This document shows, in pieces, positions 12,219 to 26,100 of a stretch of DNA of 64,000 nucleotides (positions within the stretch are counted from its first letter, which is position 1; each line of letters begins with the position of its first letter). The notes below the pieces were generated by a model, which saw only the letters and a program-made list of their open reading frames with translations, was not told the DNA's origin and did no database searches. The stretch comes from Bigelowiella natans CCMP2755. Lineage: Eukaryota > Protista > Cercozoa. The position numbers and the translations under genes are program-made. The stretch covers positions 6,977-70,976 of the forward strand of contig ADNK01001110.1 of NCBI GenBank assembly GCA_000320545.1, in the 5' to 3' direction.

Positions 12219-12369
12219 AAATCGGTTGAACCGATTTCTCGATTTTTTGAGAAATCCTAGGAAATCCAGGGAAATCCTACTGGAAATCCTAGGAAATCCT
12301 GGAAATCCGAAATCCTCATAGATCTAGGAAATTCCTCGTTTCGAGCTTTTGATCCAAACGAGGAATTTC
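12219..12369. repeat. Array of 7 GAAATCC motifs flanked by inverted repeats, between divergently oriented genes
   Basis: GAAATCC at 12251, 12261, 12271, 12283, 12293, 12302 and 12309. Palindrome AAATCGGTT-G-AACCGATTT at 12219-12237. Perfect 14-bp inverted repeat at 12328-12341/12356-12369. Confidence 0.85.
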
Positions 12370-12747
12370 TCGATTTGGAACACAAGCCAAGTTTGGGTAA
12401 AATTTATAAAATGCACCAAAACGCACTGATTTCCGGCAAGATAAAAAATCATGCGGAATTTTACTACAAAGTCTTTCTGTGTTCTTCTAACTGACTAATA
12501 AGTATTTACAGCCGATGATATCTTAAAATATTAAGGAAAATGCAGCACAACACTAACAACAAAACAGCTGAGCAGACTGGGGTCGGAATAGCCGTTGCCA
12601 ATGGCGGACCGGGTTCGTCCTTTTCGACAGAGAGGAAGCGAGGGGTTGAGGGAAGAAGGAAAACTAAAATCCCCGTTTAACTTCAAGAGTTATACATAAT
12701 AATTTGAACGTCCGGCTGAGGGTGTCTGGCAGATAAGGGGCTGCTGC

Positions 12748-13923
12748 GTGAGTTTTGTTGAAAGAATTCGTGATGTTCTGTACATATCGCTTCGTTCAGA
12801 ATCTGGAGCTCGAAAGAAGCAATATCAAAAGCTGGCCAAAAGACGGTATGCTTTAGAGCTAACCGAAATCCCTTTTCTGAACAATAGCTCGGTGAGCAGC
12901 CCAACAAAGAAAAGGCCACCAGAAGAGAACGTTATGACTAAGATCAGCACCGATTGCATAACAGGTTGTGAGTCGGATGATGAAGAGGGAAATGACATTC
13001 TCCTCGACGACGATGATGACGACACGGAACCCTCCAACGGGGAGGGCATTCGAGAGGAAGAGGAGGAGAAGGCGCAGAATGGGGAGGCAGTATTAATGGA
13101 TACCGGTAGTGACTGGAGGGGCATGTTTTTGTTTTGTGCTTTTTGAGATCATATACGGAGATATTTAAGAGCGCCTCTAGATTTTTTAGCTATGGTTTTA
13201 CATTCAACCAATGGAGCCACATATAGTGCTATTTAAAAAAAACATCACAGTAAGCGTGTGAAATGCAATGTATTCTATCTTTCATACACACACACACGGA
13301 CCATTCCTGTTACAATCAGCATCACCAACACCAGCAGCAACCGCGAACCAAAAGCTGAATAAAAGGACTCCAATGCTACTCCGTAATCTTCAAAAGCTTA
13401 GAGAAAGCAAGGCAATGCAGAAGGCAAAAGATGACAAGTCGAAAAACAGAGAGGATGGAGCAAAAAACGATGAAAAATCTACTACAGCACCTTCAACCAG
13501 CGCTACTAGCGCAGGACTACTGGGTGAAAACAAAGGCGGTAGGACCAGCACCGTAACAGCCTCGGCCTCAGCTTCGAGTGACGCAAAAGCAACCAAGGCC
13601 ACAAGCTCTACGACGCAGCTGCTGAAGGAGGATCGGAAGCATGTGGGCAGCGGCGTTGTAAAGATTGGTGGTGTGTCCTACGACCGGGATATGCTGCGTA
13701 GAGTGACAGAGCCTGGAGGGTTGAGCGTTGCCTCAGTGCGCACGCTTCTTCGGCTAGCAACGACTAGTGACATACGCGAGCGCACTTACGACCACATGGC
13801 CAAGATCTACGCTCTGCCGTCTCGACTTTCAATCTCTGGAGACGACACTCTATTAAGGAACATCGGTCGAGAGGAGCAGGATAGCAAGTACCAAAGCAGT
13901 GTTGCGAGTCCTACCAAGGTGCG

Positions 13924-13960
<37 letters not shown>

Positions 13961-14707
13961 TCGGTGAACAAGGCCAGAACGGCACCTTGGCTCATACCGT
14001 CATCATCGGTGCTAGAGGGTGGCAGCAGCAGTAGTAGTTTCATCAACCGCAGGAAGCAGAAGGAGGAGGAGACCGAGGCAGAGACGAACCTTCTAGATCG
14101 GGCTCGCAAAATCGTCCGCGAAGCCCGCGCGGAGGCTCATGCAAAGGAGTCGTTGAGATCCGCACGAGGCGTAGGAGTCAGGAGGATTGGGATAAAGCAG
14201 GGAGGGCAAGCGTCGTTACTATCATCATCGTTGCTGCAATCGTCATCATCATCGTCATCGTCTGTCGTCGTAAAGGAGGGAGACGAAGAGGAGAAGGAGC
14301 TGGAGGAGACCGCAAGGTTCTTGCTGCGGAAGGTCACGCCTGCGACGACGACGTTGGATCTCTCCGGGAGACTCTTGGGGGACGCACAGCTCAATGCGCT
14401 TATCAGGTACTGGCGGAAAGCTAATCGCGTCTTCCAGCCTACGTGCAACTACCAACGGTTCTAAAACGCGCGCCAATATATGGGAAAATGCGTATCATGA
14501 CTACTACTACTACTACTACTACTACTACTGTCGTCATCAGGTACGGTTTGCTGCTCAGTCCTAGGGTCTCTGGCCTGCAGAGTCTATCACTGGACGGCAA
14601 CGCTCTCTCTGGGAACAGCCTGCGGAAGCTGGTTCAGGCCTTGCGCGCGCTTCCGTGCCTCCGTCATCTCTCATTGAAGAGGTCCGGTTCTCTCTCTCTC
14701 TCTTTGT

Positions 14708-14754
<47 letters not shown>

Positions 14755-15321
14755 CGTCACAGCACCTGCTAAATGTCACAGAAGATTCATGTAGCCGGTT
14801 ATTAAAAAGCTAGAGTCGTACATTAGGAACGGTCGAAACCACAGCCCCCGCAGAAATAATGATAAACGCACGTGATCAATGATAATCAGAAATTCTCTGG
14901 GAGCGAAGGGGCCGTCGCAGGCTCTCGATGAGTTCTTCAGAGCTGCCGGGTGCTCTCTGACCTTGCGCACACTCGATCTGGCTGGGAACCGTATCGGAAC
15001 AAACGCGGCGGATGGACTGCGACATATGCTGAGGTGCGGAGCGACAAGAATTCCACGTAGAATAGTGTTGCGATCCCGATGATGGCGGGGGCGGAGACGG
15101 TTTGCACTCCGCTGCGACATTCCCATGCAGCCGACTGACCGCCGACATTTTCTTCCTCTTTCTCTCACAATTTGTGTTCTCCAAAGGTACGGCCGGCTTC
15201 GCAGCCTGCGGCTGGAGGGAAACCCTCTAGGCCTCAAGTGCCTCTGGGCGATCGTGGATGCCGTTCAAACGAATACTGCAGTTCTTGACGTAATAATCCT
15301 CTCCCCAACCCTCTCGCTTTC

Positions 15322-15363
<42 letters not shown>

Positions 15364-16559
15364 GATGCTGCTTCAGGCACATACAAAATCCAACGGTCGA
15401 GGTGATGATGAAGTGATGATGAAAATGCACTGTGCGGCAGGTCACCGTTGATAAAGAGCACTGGGGGCCAACACGTGCCTTCAAGCGGCTCTCACATCTC
15501 CTCGAGAGAAATCGAGTCGACTTTAGCAGCCAGCAGAGAGGCCAAGGAGAGAGTGAAGACATAAACTGCGGTCCTGCTGGGAAAAGTCTGGTCAGAAGAT
15601 TCATCGTAGCAGAAGTAGTAGTAGTAGTAGTAGCAGTAGCAGTGGTAGTAGTAGCGGTGATATCTGGCCAGCAAACGTATTTTTAGTCGTTGCAGTAGCA
15701 GCAGCAGCGATGCTAATTCACGGTTCCCCTTCGATAGGCCGAGGCGGAACGGCGCGTGCGTGTGCTAGAAAAGGAGCAGATAGACGTGGATGCAACGCTT
15801 ACAGCGTGCGCGGAGAGGGAGGCGGAGCTCTTGAATAAGGTCACCATTCTCCCTGCCATCGTCGTAGTCATTCGTCGCCTTTAGTGTGATGCTAGTCCTG
15901 ATTCTGTATCACCCTGCTTGGTGTGTCGGCGATTGCGTTTTCGCTGCGCAGCTTCAGAGGAGGGATAGCAAGATTCAGCGCCTGGAGGCTCTCCTGGAGG
16001 AGGCAACGAAGGACGCGAAGGAGCGCCAAATGGCCCATCAGCAGCAGCTAGCAGTCAAGGAGATGCAACTGCACCGCTCTGAGCGCCAGCACGCACAGGT
16101 GACGAGAGGACGCGGGAAATTGTAGGGAAAAGCGAGAGGAGGAGAGGGCGGGAGGAGTAGCGGCTTCTCCTTTTACTTCATTTCGCACTTGCACGCTCCG
16201 ATTTTCCTTATATTTATGACTTCCTCAACTCCCCACCCCCCCCCCCCCCCTCTTCCTACCTTGATTCTCACGTTTTCAACCAGGCCAACGGCGAGCTGAT
16301 GGATATGCTGACGTCTGCGAGGGAGCAGCTGCAGACCGCGAAAGAGGAGATCGCGAGCCTGAACGATAGGCTGATAGCGCGCACACAGGTGCACGCGAGG
16401 GCTATCCGTGAGTTCGAAGCCAGAATCTCGACCTATGAGGAGCGCGGTGGCGACCTCCGCAAGGAGCAGGAGGATATGTTTTCCGAATTTCGTCGGCAAC
16501 TCAGAAACATCGGAGCCATCAGAGAACAACGTAGAAGTGCAGCTGGCAGCCATAGCTAA
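12748..16559 (+). CDS. Multi-exon RNI-like leucine-rich-repeat protein with a low-complexity N-terminus and a C-terminal coiled coil (start uncertain)
   Basis: LRR units TTLDLSGRLLGD, LQSLSLDGNALSG, LRTLDLAGNRIG and LRSLRLEGNPLG. Coiled-coil exons at 15740-16559. Confidence 0.75.
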
Positions 16560-17200
16560 ACTACTGCTAGCTGCTAAATGTTATTCCTGTACCACCGTGC
16601 TAGCATGTTTTCAGCAGATATGCTATATTCTATAAGTAAAGAAACCGTCGTATTGATACCGCTATGCTTCTTAACATGCATGCATGGTTATATTCCAGGG
16701 CTGCGAGATGCATGCATCGCGGATGTCTAGACATGTGCCCACAAGCATGCGTGATGAATATTGTAGATTGTCTAGAATTCCAGCGGCGCTTTAATGATGG
16801 TAGCTTACCAATTGCTAGCGAGGTCACTACACGAATGGACTAGTGCACTGATGATGTGCCTGCTGCTCGGTTCTGCTATATGGTCTTGCAGCAGTTAACG
16901 AGACATGCATGTACATGGCTAGATGTGTCATTAACAACGCTTAAGTAGACATGAAGGCTGCTCTAGCTAGCTAGGCGCTACAGACGCGCAGCAGTGTATG
17001 CTAGTATGCGCGATACATGCGAAACTTCAATGATGATTACTACAAAGTTAAAGGTGGCATGCAAGCACGCTGCCCATACTGACACATAGGGCAGGATCCA
17101 TCCCCAAGTGTCCACCCATTAGAATAAATATGCTTTCTAGTCTACGTGTGCACGCGTCTGCCTTCACGCAATATTCCGAATAGGTGCGACATGATCACTA

Positions 17201-18155
17201 TCATCCCTGGGCTGACAGCGTCTTGAATTTCTGCCGGAATCTGTACACACACACACACACACACACACAAACGGATTTTTATCATGAGTTGAGTGGGAGA
17301 CAGGGACGCAGAGCAGGCAGGCACATATGATAGAGATGGAGAGAGGAAAAAGAGGGAGAAAACATATGACAAAGCCAAAAAGACAACAAACACCTGCAAG
17401 CAAGAAAGCTGAACGTGGGCGCATAGTCGGGCGCTCCAGCCATCCCGTTGATTGCTGCTGCCAGCCTCGTGAGTAGCAGGTCCCAGTCGCGAAGCAAGAT
17501 CCACGCGCGCCCTGCAGCAACCCTATTATCTTTGACGATCGTTGCAAGTTGGCCGTGCTTGAGAAAGTCCAGCGCGTAGGCATTCAATAACGGCCCATCC
17601 CAGCAACAATCGTCTCCCTTTCCGACTGCTTCTGCTGCTGCGACTCCCCCCTTCTCCTCCTTCCCAAGAACTCGGGCAGGGGTAGCTCCAGGGCCACCAC
17701 CAACTACGCCAAGGCTATCGTATGTGCACACGACACCGAAGCCGGCGCTATCTACTGCTTCCATGGCCGACAAGAACACTGCCCCACCGTCTCCTCCGGA
17801 GAGTGAGGGGGCGGGTACATGTCCAGCAAGCTCAGAGCGAGAGCTCTCATGCGGAATGGCGGCTGTTCCAGCAGAGAGTTGTGAGAGAAGAGATGCGCCG
17901 CCTTGCCCACTGCCCTCTGGTCCGTCTTGCGTTGTCTTTTCCTCCTCGGGTTTCTTCCCTTTCGCGGGCGGGGCGGCGGGGAGCGCTGAGATCGGCAGAC
18001 AGCCATACTGGACTGTTTTAAGCGCCGGCGAGAAGCTAGAAGAGGAACCGCCCGTGCTGCTGGAGCTCGAGCATGCAGCTGCGGGCGGCGCACCGTTCAT
18101 GCTATTTCCTTCTTGCCGCCGCTGCTGTTGTTGGTGACCGCTATTACTGATACTA

Positions 18156-18187
<32 letters not shown>

Positions 18188-21100
18188 ATTCTTCTGCAGC
18201 CTGGCAAGGGCTTCCAGACGCTTCCTCTCTCGTTTAGAGAGCTTCTTCTGCTTGGCGCCCTTCTTGTTGTTGCGCCCGTTGCTGCTCGTGGTATGTGCAG
18301 CAGAGGGCTGCTGCTTCTCGCCGAGCTGCTGATTGTCCTTGGCGCCTACCGTTTCTCCGTTGATGGCGCTACCACCGGCATCACCACCATCATTACCCTT
18401 CCCTTCGCGCAAAGAGGAGGTGGGGACCATACTCAAGAATGCAGAGAAGGAGTCAGCAGCCAAGCCGAGCGTTTCCGTGTCGATCGCCCGGATCTCACTG
18501 GCGACTCGGCGGGGGAGCGGCGCGAGGAGAACCGTCGAGCTGGAGCGCTTGAAGTTGGAGCGCCTCACGTCTGCTGGGAACGGCACCCGTAAGAATAGGT
18601 GGCAAAGAACGAACATCAACCGCCGCGCGCTCCCGTCTGGATTGAGTTTAAACCTGGAAAGTAGCAGCGGTTAGCAGTAGCAGGAGGAGTAATAGTAGTG
18701 CTAGTACTACTACTGTTAGTAGTTGTTGTTGTAGTCACAGATTTTGGGTTAGTTTGTTGTTGATGATAAATGTTTGCTGTTGCTTCTTTCTTCCTCTTTT
18801 TCGTCTTCTCGTTATTGAGAAGACCATACATTGATATCTAAACTCCCTTTCTCCCCCCCCCCCCCTCTCTCTTTCTCTCGCTTCGTTCTCCCCCCCCACC
18901 TTTTCGGCCCTCCACACACGCGTCGAAGCGTACCCGACCGCATCAGCGATACGAAGGCCATCGAGCTGCCAGCGCCGCCCGCAGCGTGGAGCGACGCCGC
19001 AACTCCTGCCAGCCCCACCGGCCGCGACTTCGGATCCGCGAGCCCCTGCCGCAATAACTGCTCTAGTGAGAAGCGGAAGGAGACGCGTGCCTGTTGCGAC
19101 TTGATGTGTGCGCCCGGGAGCGAGAGGGGGGGGGTGAGGAGGATATTGGAGACCAGCTGCGTGGCCCTCTTGCGATCCCGCGCGTACGATTGGAAGAGTG
19201 CCATCCGGAGCGCGAGCGACGTGTCCGCCGCCGCGTATCGACCGCGCAGGGAGGTGAGAGGGGAGGTCATCAGCGACGCCACCTTCTGCATGGGGACGCC
19301 GAGGAAGGCGACGTAGCCCACGTCGTCGTGCCCCCTCCTTCCTGCACGGCCCGCCATCTGCCGGAAGGCCAAAGGGGTGAGCAGCGGCGAGTCGCCCAGG
19401 AACGCGCACGTGCGAGAAGGCATGTTCACGCCGACGGCGAGCGTCTTCGTGGCGATGACCACCTTAATGTGTTTCCCGCGAAACATCGTCTCCACCAGGT
19501 CCTTGTAGGAGCGGGGAAGCCCCTCGTGGTGCACGCCAACGCCGCGCCACAGCGCGCGGAGGAGCGGGTGATCGTTTGGCCACCCGGTAGCGTCGCGGAG
19601 GCGTTTCATCCAGAAGTCGAGGTCCTCGCGCGAGATTCGGTCGTTATCTGGGACGAAGGAGAAGCGCGGATCTACGTCCATCTGCAGGTCCAATTCGTCT
19701 TGATCGAGCATCGAAGCCGCGATCCGCGCGGCGTCCGCGCGCTGCTGCTCCGCCACGCGCGCGTCGTGGAGGCGAGCCTGCTGGTCGTGCGTGAGTTGCT
19801 TCTTCTGCTGGCCGCTGAGGGTCTTCTCCTTCTTGTTCCTCCGGCGATTTTGCATCTGCTTTACGAGCTTGGAGGCCTTGAGGGCCATCTTGGTCACGCG
19901 CCGCTTCTCCGCCTCGCCGCCTTCCCGCTCCGACGCGGCCTTCTCTAGACGCTCGAGGGTCTCCACGATCCGGAGCGCCAGCGCTTCGCACAGGTTGGGG
20001 TCCAAGCAGAAGGCCACGCAGGGCAGCTTGTCCTCGCGGGCCAGATCGACGAATAGCGGCAGCACATAGCGGCTGACGAAGTGCCTGGAAGCAATGCTTT
20101 CCTTACGCTCCGAGATTGCCCCAAGCCGGTCGCGTACGGGAGCTGCGAGCTGGTCGAGTACTAACTCGGCAGGGCCCCTCCCCTCCCCTCCTCCTCGTGT
20201 GTTCCCAGTGCCAGACATGAGCTTTTCAGCCCACACCCCAAACGCGGTCTTGATTTTCTCCCCATATTCGTGCGCCGCGTCTCTGCCTATGTACGCCTTC
20301 GCCCGGAAGTAAGCGGAGGGTTCCAGCGGCCTCAGCCCCTTGAGTGCTGCTACTTCGCTGCTGCCACTGCTGCTCGCTCCTCCGCTCGCAGACTGGCACA
20401 TGTGGTCATACAGCACGATCGAGTCCCGAGGGGAAAACTCCATTGTCTTTGGGATGGCGATGGTGCTGCCGCTGTTGCTGCTGCTGGCCGTCTCTCCGTT
20501 CTCCTTGTCACCCGCCCCCCCTCCGTCCCTTCTCTCCGCAAAGTCGTGCGCCGCGCCGAAGGCCACCGCAGCGAGGGGGTGAAAGGGGAGGAGGCCGGAT
20601 GGCAGCAGCTTCGGGGCACGCTTTCCGGCCTGCTTAAGCAGCATGCGCTCGGCGTTAGTCTTGGGGGATACGATGCCGTGCTTGTAGGAGAGCAGGAGGC
20701 GGTCGCGCTCGAAAGCTGGTAGGTACACAGCCTTCTCGAGGTCGGCCCATCGCTTGGTGTGCACGATCAAGGCAACTTCAGGGTTGTCAGTCGGGAACGG
20801 CGAGGAGGAGGACGAAGAGGCCGACTCCTCGCCTCCGTTATTGTCTCCCCTCCCCCCACGCCTCCCGCCTTTCCTGCCTCCGCCCTTCTTGCCTCTTTTG
20901 TTGGAGGGGGGGGTAGTGGAAGAGGACGAGCCGCCGTCCGCAGCGGCCCTCTCCTGGTCGAAGTTGGGAGTGCCGAGCTTAGCTGTTCGCTGTCGTGCTT
21001 GCTGAAGCCACGAGTGGAAAGCGTGCGGGTTTCCGACGGTAGCGGACAACGCCAGGAACGGAGCTGGGAAGGCCGCCAGAAGGCGCTCCCACGGCCCCCC

Positions 21101-23089
21101 GTCTTCCCCGTCGAGGCTATGAACCTCGTCGTAAATCACATACTTCACGCGCGCCACCCACGGCTCCCGCTCTGGGGCGAGCATGATAGTTTCGAGGCAC
21201 TGTGGCAAAGTCACGAGGACTTCGCACGTCTCCGTTTTGTAGGCGACCCCCGGCGTCAGCACGCCGAAGACAGCGCCGTACCGCCTGTACACGCTCGCTG
21301 CGACCTGTGAGACGAGCGCGGTTGTGGGGCACACATAGACGATGATCAAGGGTCCTGCGAGCAGCCCCGTTGTCGTAGGCTTGCTCTGCTTGTTGTGCGT
21401 GAGGATCTTCTTCATCGCATAGAAGGAAGCAAAGGTTTTCCCGCTCGACGTGGGCGCGACGATGAGCGCGGAGGCGCGGCGGTCCACGATATCGAGCATC
21501 TCCCGCTGCCACTTGTCCGGGTAAAACCCGCTCACACGCGGGTCGGGCGCGGATTGCACGTCACGCACCATCTTCGGCCCCGCATACGTCAGCTGGAATC
21601 GCTCTGGAGACAGAGGGATCCGGTGGGAGTCCACTGCGAGGTGCCTAAACCGCCGCTGCGCCTCGGACTTCTGCATGCGGGCTCGCTTCGCAAGGGCTTC
21701 ACGTTCCTTCCGCGAGAGGCCCTTTCCTTTCTTTTGACCTTCATCATCATCATCATCATCGTCGTCGTCGTCGTCATCCTCGTCTTCGTCGGAGTCCTCC
21801 TCCTCTTCCTCCTCCCCCTCGGGCAGCCCCTCATTCCTCGGTCTCAGCACCTTTACACCGAGGGCCGTGAGCATGCGTAGAGCCTGCTCGAGGTACTCGT
21901 CACCGTCGCCCAGGGCGCCCTCTGGCGCTATTGGGAGAACTTTGGCCGCGGCCTGTTTCTTGGCGACGTCCTTCGCGTCGAGTTTGTGCAGGGCGATGTA
22001 ATCCTGCAGCAGCCGCTTGGCTTGCTCGAGGAACCCTATTACGAGCAGCGCGTACAGCACACGGCCGAGCTGCGGCATCGTCAGCTCCGACTTGAACCGC
22101 CGGAACACGTCGAATGCCATCTGGAACACGCGCACCGCGCGCTCCATCTCGACGTCGCTCGGGGGAGAGCGAGCGGCCTTCGTCTTCGCCTCTTTCCCGT
22201 CCTCCTCCTTCTTCTCTTCAACGCCGTCCTCTTCCTCTTCTTCTTCTTCTTCTTCTTCTTCTTCTTCCTCATCATTATCAGCATCAGGGCTGGGTAACTT
22301 GAAGCTAGTACCGGGGTGCTGCTGCTCACACCACGCGAGGACACACCAGTCGAGCAGCACTAGCAGCCCGGGAATTACGTGGGGGTCGGAGATGTCAACC
22401 AGCCGCTCATCCAAACTGCTGATTCTCTTCTCAAGGGCAACAAGAGAGATCATACTGCCCTGCTGCTGCTTCTTCTTCTTTTCGCCGTCCTCTCCCTCCT
22501 CGCCTCCGTCAGCGTCCGGCCCCCCGAATGTCACTCCGAGCGCCTCGTCCTCCTTTCTGCGCTTCTCCTCCACGGTTTGTCTCAGTGCGAGAGGGATACG
22601 TCTCGCTGCTGCCACGTAGCTGGCTACGTTCTGCTTGATCTCCTCGCGCTTCCTGGCGTCCACGCCGGCGATGATTTGCTCGCGCATGGCCTTGCCAGAG
22701 GCCTTTTCACCGCCTCCGCCCCCGCCGCCCTTTCTGCCCTTCTTTTTCCCTTTCTTCCCGCCCGGATTCCATCCTCCCTTGTTCTTCTTCTTGCCACTCG
22801 ATCCCTGCCATTTGGCTCCTCCCCCCCCCTTGGCTTCGTCTTCGTTGCTGCCGCTGTCGCCGTTGGACGATTTGGCCACGATGACGTCGCGGAGAACGAG
22901 GCGTGTGCCACTGAGAGATTGCGCGTATTTTGTCATGAACAGGAGGTACTTCTGCCGCTCCTGCTCCACTAGCATCTTCGCCTCACGGGAGGAGGGGGAG
23001 GACAATGAAGTCCCGGAAACAACTATCCCTTGGCTGCCGCCTCCCAGCTTATCATTACGCTGCAGACGATAAAGGATACGAACACGCAT

Positions 23090-23137
<48 letters not shown>

Positions 23138-26100
23138 GGGAAAATACATCAATTATCATCCCCACCCTTTGATTCAGCTTTGCCACATTCTTTTAAAATA
23201 CAGGTCTAAATTGTGCGTGTTTGATCATGAAAAGCACCTCGCCGTTTTTGCCGCTTTTGGCGACGTCCAATCTGGCTAGGCCCCTGCCTTGTCTTGCGCG
23301 CTCTTTCCTCTCCAGCAGCTGTTTACGCCGCTTTTGAGCCATGGCTGCCTCTTCAGCCTCGACGAGCTCCTCTCCACCCTCCTTGAGGGGGTCCGGAGGC
23401 ATCCAGTAGAGCTCCTTTGCCTCCTCCTCACTCTTCTTTTTCTTCTTCTCTCCCACCCCCTTTGCACTGGTTGATCGGCGAGGCGCGACGAAACGGGAAA
23501 GCGCCTTCTTCTCAGAATCGGCGAGGATGTAATCCACAATCGCTGCTTCCTCTACCGGTTGCAACGGGGGAGCGGGGATTGGGTCCTCTTCTTTTGCGAC
23601 AAGCTTGCCATTCCTTGCTTTTTGAAGCGTGGCGAGGGATTGCGAGAAAAGGACAGCAGCGGCGGAGGGGGCGGAGCCCTCTTTCCCGGCAGGAAATACA
23701 GGGCTGCTCACTTCAAGTGGAAAGAAGCTTTCGGAGAGCGACACCTCCCCTCCCCCCCCCTGCTGCTGTGAATCTTTCTCATTGCCCTTAGTATTCTGGA
23801 TAAGCGTCCGAAACACCTTCCATAATGACGAGAGGGACGCTGACATAGAATCGGGGAGACCTGATAATACATGGTGACAAATCCTCACCAAAATCGTCAT
23901 CATCATCATCATCATCACCATCATCCTCATCACCCTCATCATCCTCATCATCATCCTCATCATCCTCACAAATCGCACGCTACTCTGCGGACCCACCGAT
24001 ATCAGCTGCGGAGGCGATCGCGCTGCCGTCGTTATTTTCGCTGCTCACTCCAGCAGCAAGGACGAGAGCGAGCGTCCGATGGAACAGTGCGCCGTCCACG
24101 ACGTGCAGGAAAGCCTCTGTTACCGTTGCAGTCGATTTCTCGTCACTGCCCGCAGTCATGGCCACCAGGTGCGCTGCGTACAGCTCCAAGAACACACGGG
24201 GACTTTCCAACGACGCTGATGGCGACGAGGAGGAGGGGGGCGACGACGACTCTCTCACCGGAGCAGCCAGGGGCTTGAACAGCCCCCCCCCCTTTGGGAC
24301 AGGCAGCCGACGAATGCGATCCTGAAGAGTCAGGTGGCGTGCGAGGACGACGCTAAGCAGTAGCGTCTTGGCCATCATTTCTTGGTCTATCCTCGCATCG
24401 ACTACGGCAAGCGCTGCTTCCGAGGCCGCCTTCCAAACCAGAAGGTCGACTCCGCGGCGTGCTGCGCGCTCTGCTGCAGCTTGAACGTCAGCGCAATCGG
24501 CTCCTCCTCCTCCTCCTCCTCCTCCTCCTCCTCCATCCTCTTTCTTCCCCTCCGTGTCGCCTGCGCCTGTTGTCGCAGTATCATCGCCTTTCTCGTCGCC
24601 TGATGCAATGATGACGGCAAGATGGTGGTGATGATGGTGATGATGATGATGATGATGATGGTGAATGATGCAGCAGCCGAGCACAATGGCCATCACTACG
24701 GTCGATCATAGATAACGACGGGCATGATGCAAAACCACTAATACACCACTACCTCTAGTTGCAAGACAACATATGAGGTGTGCATCACCACATAATCCGT
24801 ACATGCGAGAGAAACGAATAATGGGGAATTAATTAGCCAGCACGCAGCAGAGCACGACACAACCTTTTTCCTCGATTTCGTCTGCAGCGGCCTCCCAATC
24901 ATCTAGCTCATCATCGTCGCCTCCATCACCACCATTCTGCTCCTCGTTCTGCTCCTCGTTTCCCTCTCTCTCCTCTCCCTCCTCTTCTTCTGAAAAGTCT
25001 TCCCAGTTCTCCAGTTCATCACCGTTGATATCATCGTCGTGGCCCTGGTCCCAGCCTCCTTCGTCGATGTTAGCATCACCCTTCTCCTCTTCCGCACCTC
25101 CTAATCCCATTGCACGGCGGTGTGCTTCCTCCTCTGCTTCCTCGTCGACGATTTGTGCTTCCCCCTCTTCTTCACCACCCTCGGTCTCGCCACCCTGCCT
25201 CTTGCCATCATCCTTGTGTGGGTGTGGGTGTGAGTGTGTGTAAGAGAGTGTGAGTGTGCGTGTTTGTGTGTGTAAATTATTCGATTGTGAATGTCAGCAT
25301 TGAGCCTCCCTCATCTCGATTCGGGAGAGATAGTCGGGCATATAGCTGCTCTACTTTACTCTACCTGCCCCTGGGCGGTCTTTGTAGCGTCTCTCCCCTC
25401 GCCCACAAGGCCCCTTCCATCCCACTCGTCTGCATGGAGTATTGCTCGTTAGCATTGGTGATGCATGAAGGATTTGATGATGCTAATGCTCAATCGATGG
25501 TAATGACAATAATGGCGACAACAACGACAACCACGACGATGGTGGTAGTGATTGTTATGAGGACGATATACAGGTCGGATAAGGCTGCAAAGTCCCACCT
25601 TGATCAGAGTCATCATCAGCATCTTTGAACAATGCTGCTGAGCGATCCTGCGACGCGAGCACGCTCGACCACATCTCTTCGGCCTCACTTTCGGCCTGTT
25701 GGATAGTGATGAAGGATGGCGATCATAATCATCAGACCCGTCGTAGTTGCCAGTGTCACAATCATCATCATCATCATCATCATCATCCATATCCTTGTCG
25801 CTCACCTTTGCTAGCAAGTGGTGTTGAATTGCATTCTCTTCTGCACTCCCCTCTCCCCCCTGTCTTGCGTAGTGGCGATGATGCAGAAGTGCCTTCCAGT
25901 ATGCTGCTAGTCCTACCACCGCTACGACGAAACTCTGTTCATGAAAGAAAAAGAACGAGTGAGAATCCAGCTTCGAGTGAGTAGGATATCGATGTCATCC
26001 ACCTTGGGTGCCCCCTCGTTCCCAAGACCCTTTTGTGCGTCTTCGATCATCCAGCCATGAGGCAGTGCCTGCGGCTTTTTTACTTCCCCATCTCGAGTTT

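Noticed and set aside
12269-12277. NF-kB-like site GGGAAATCC
   Set aside because: A short motif match only, with nothing to suggest a Rel-family factor in this kind of organism.
12251-12315. CRISPR array or telomeric repeat
   Set aside because: The units are 7-12 bp with no unique spacers, are irregular and internal, and no cas genes are present.
19094-23072. Long + strand ORFs opposite the helicase
   Set aside because: Antisense shadows of GC-rich coding sequence.
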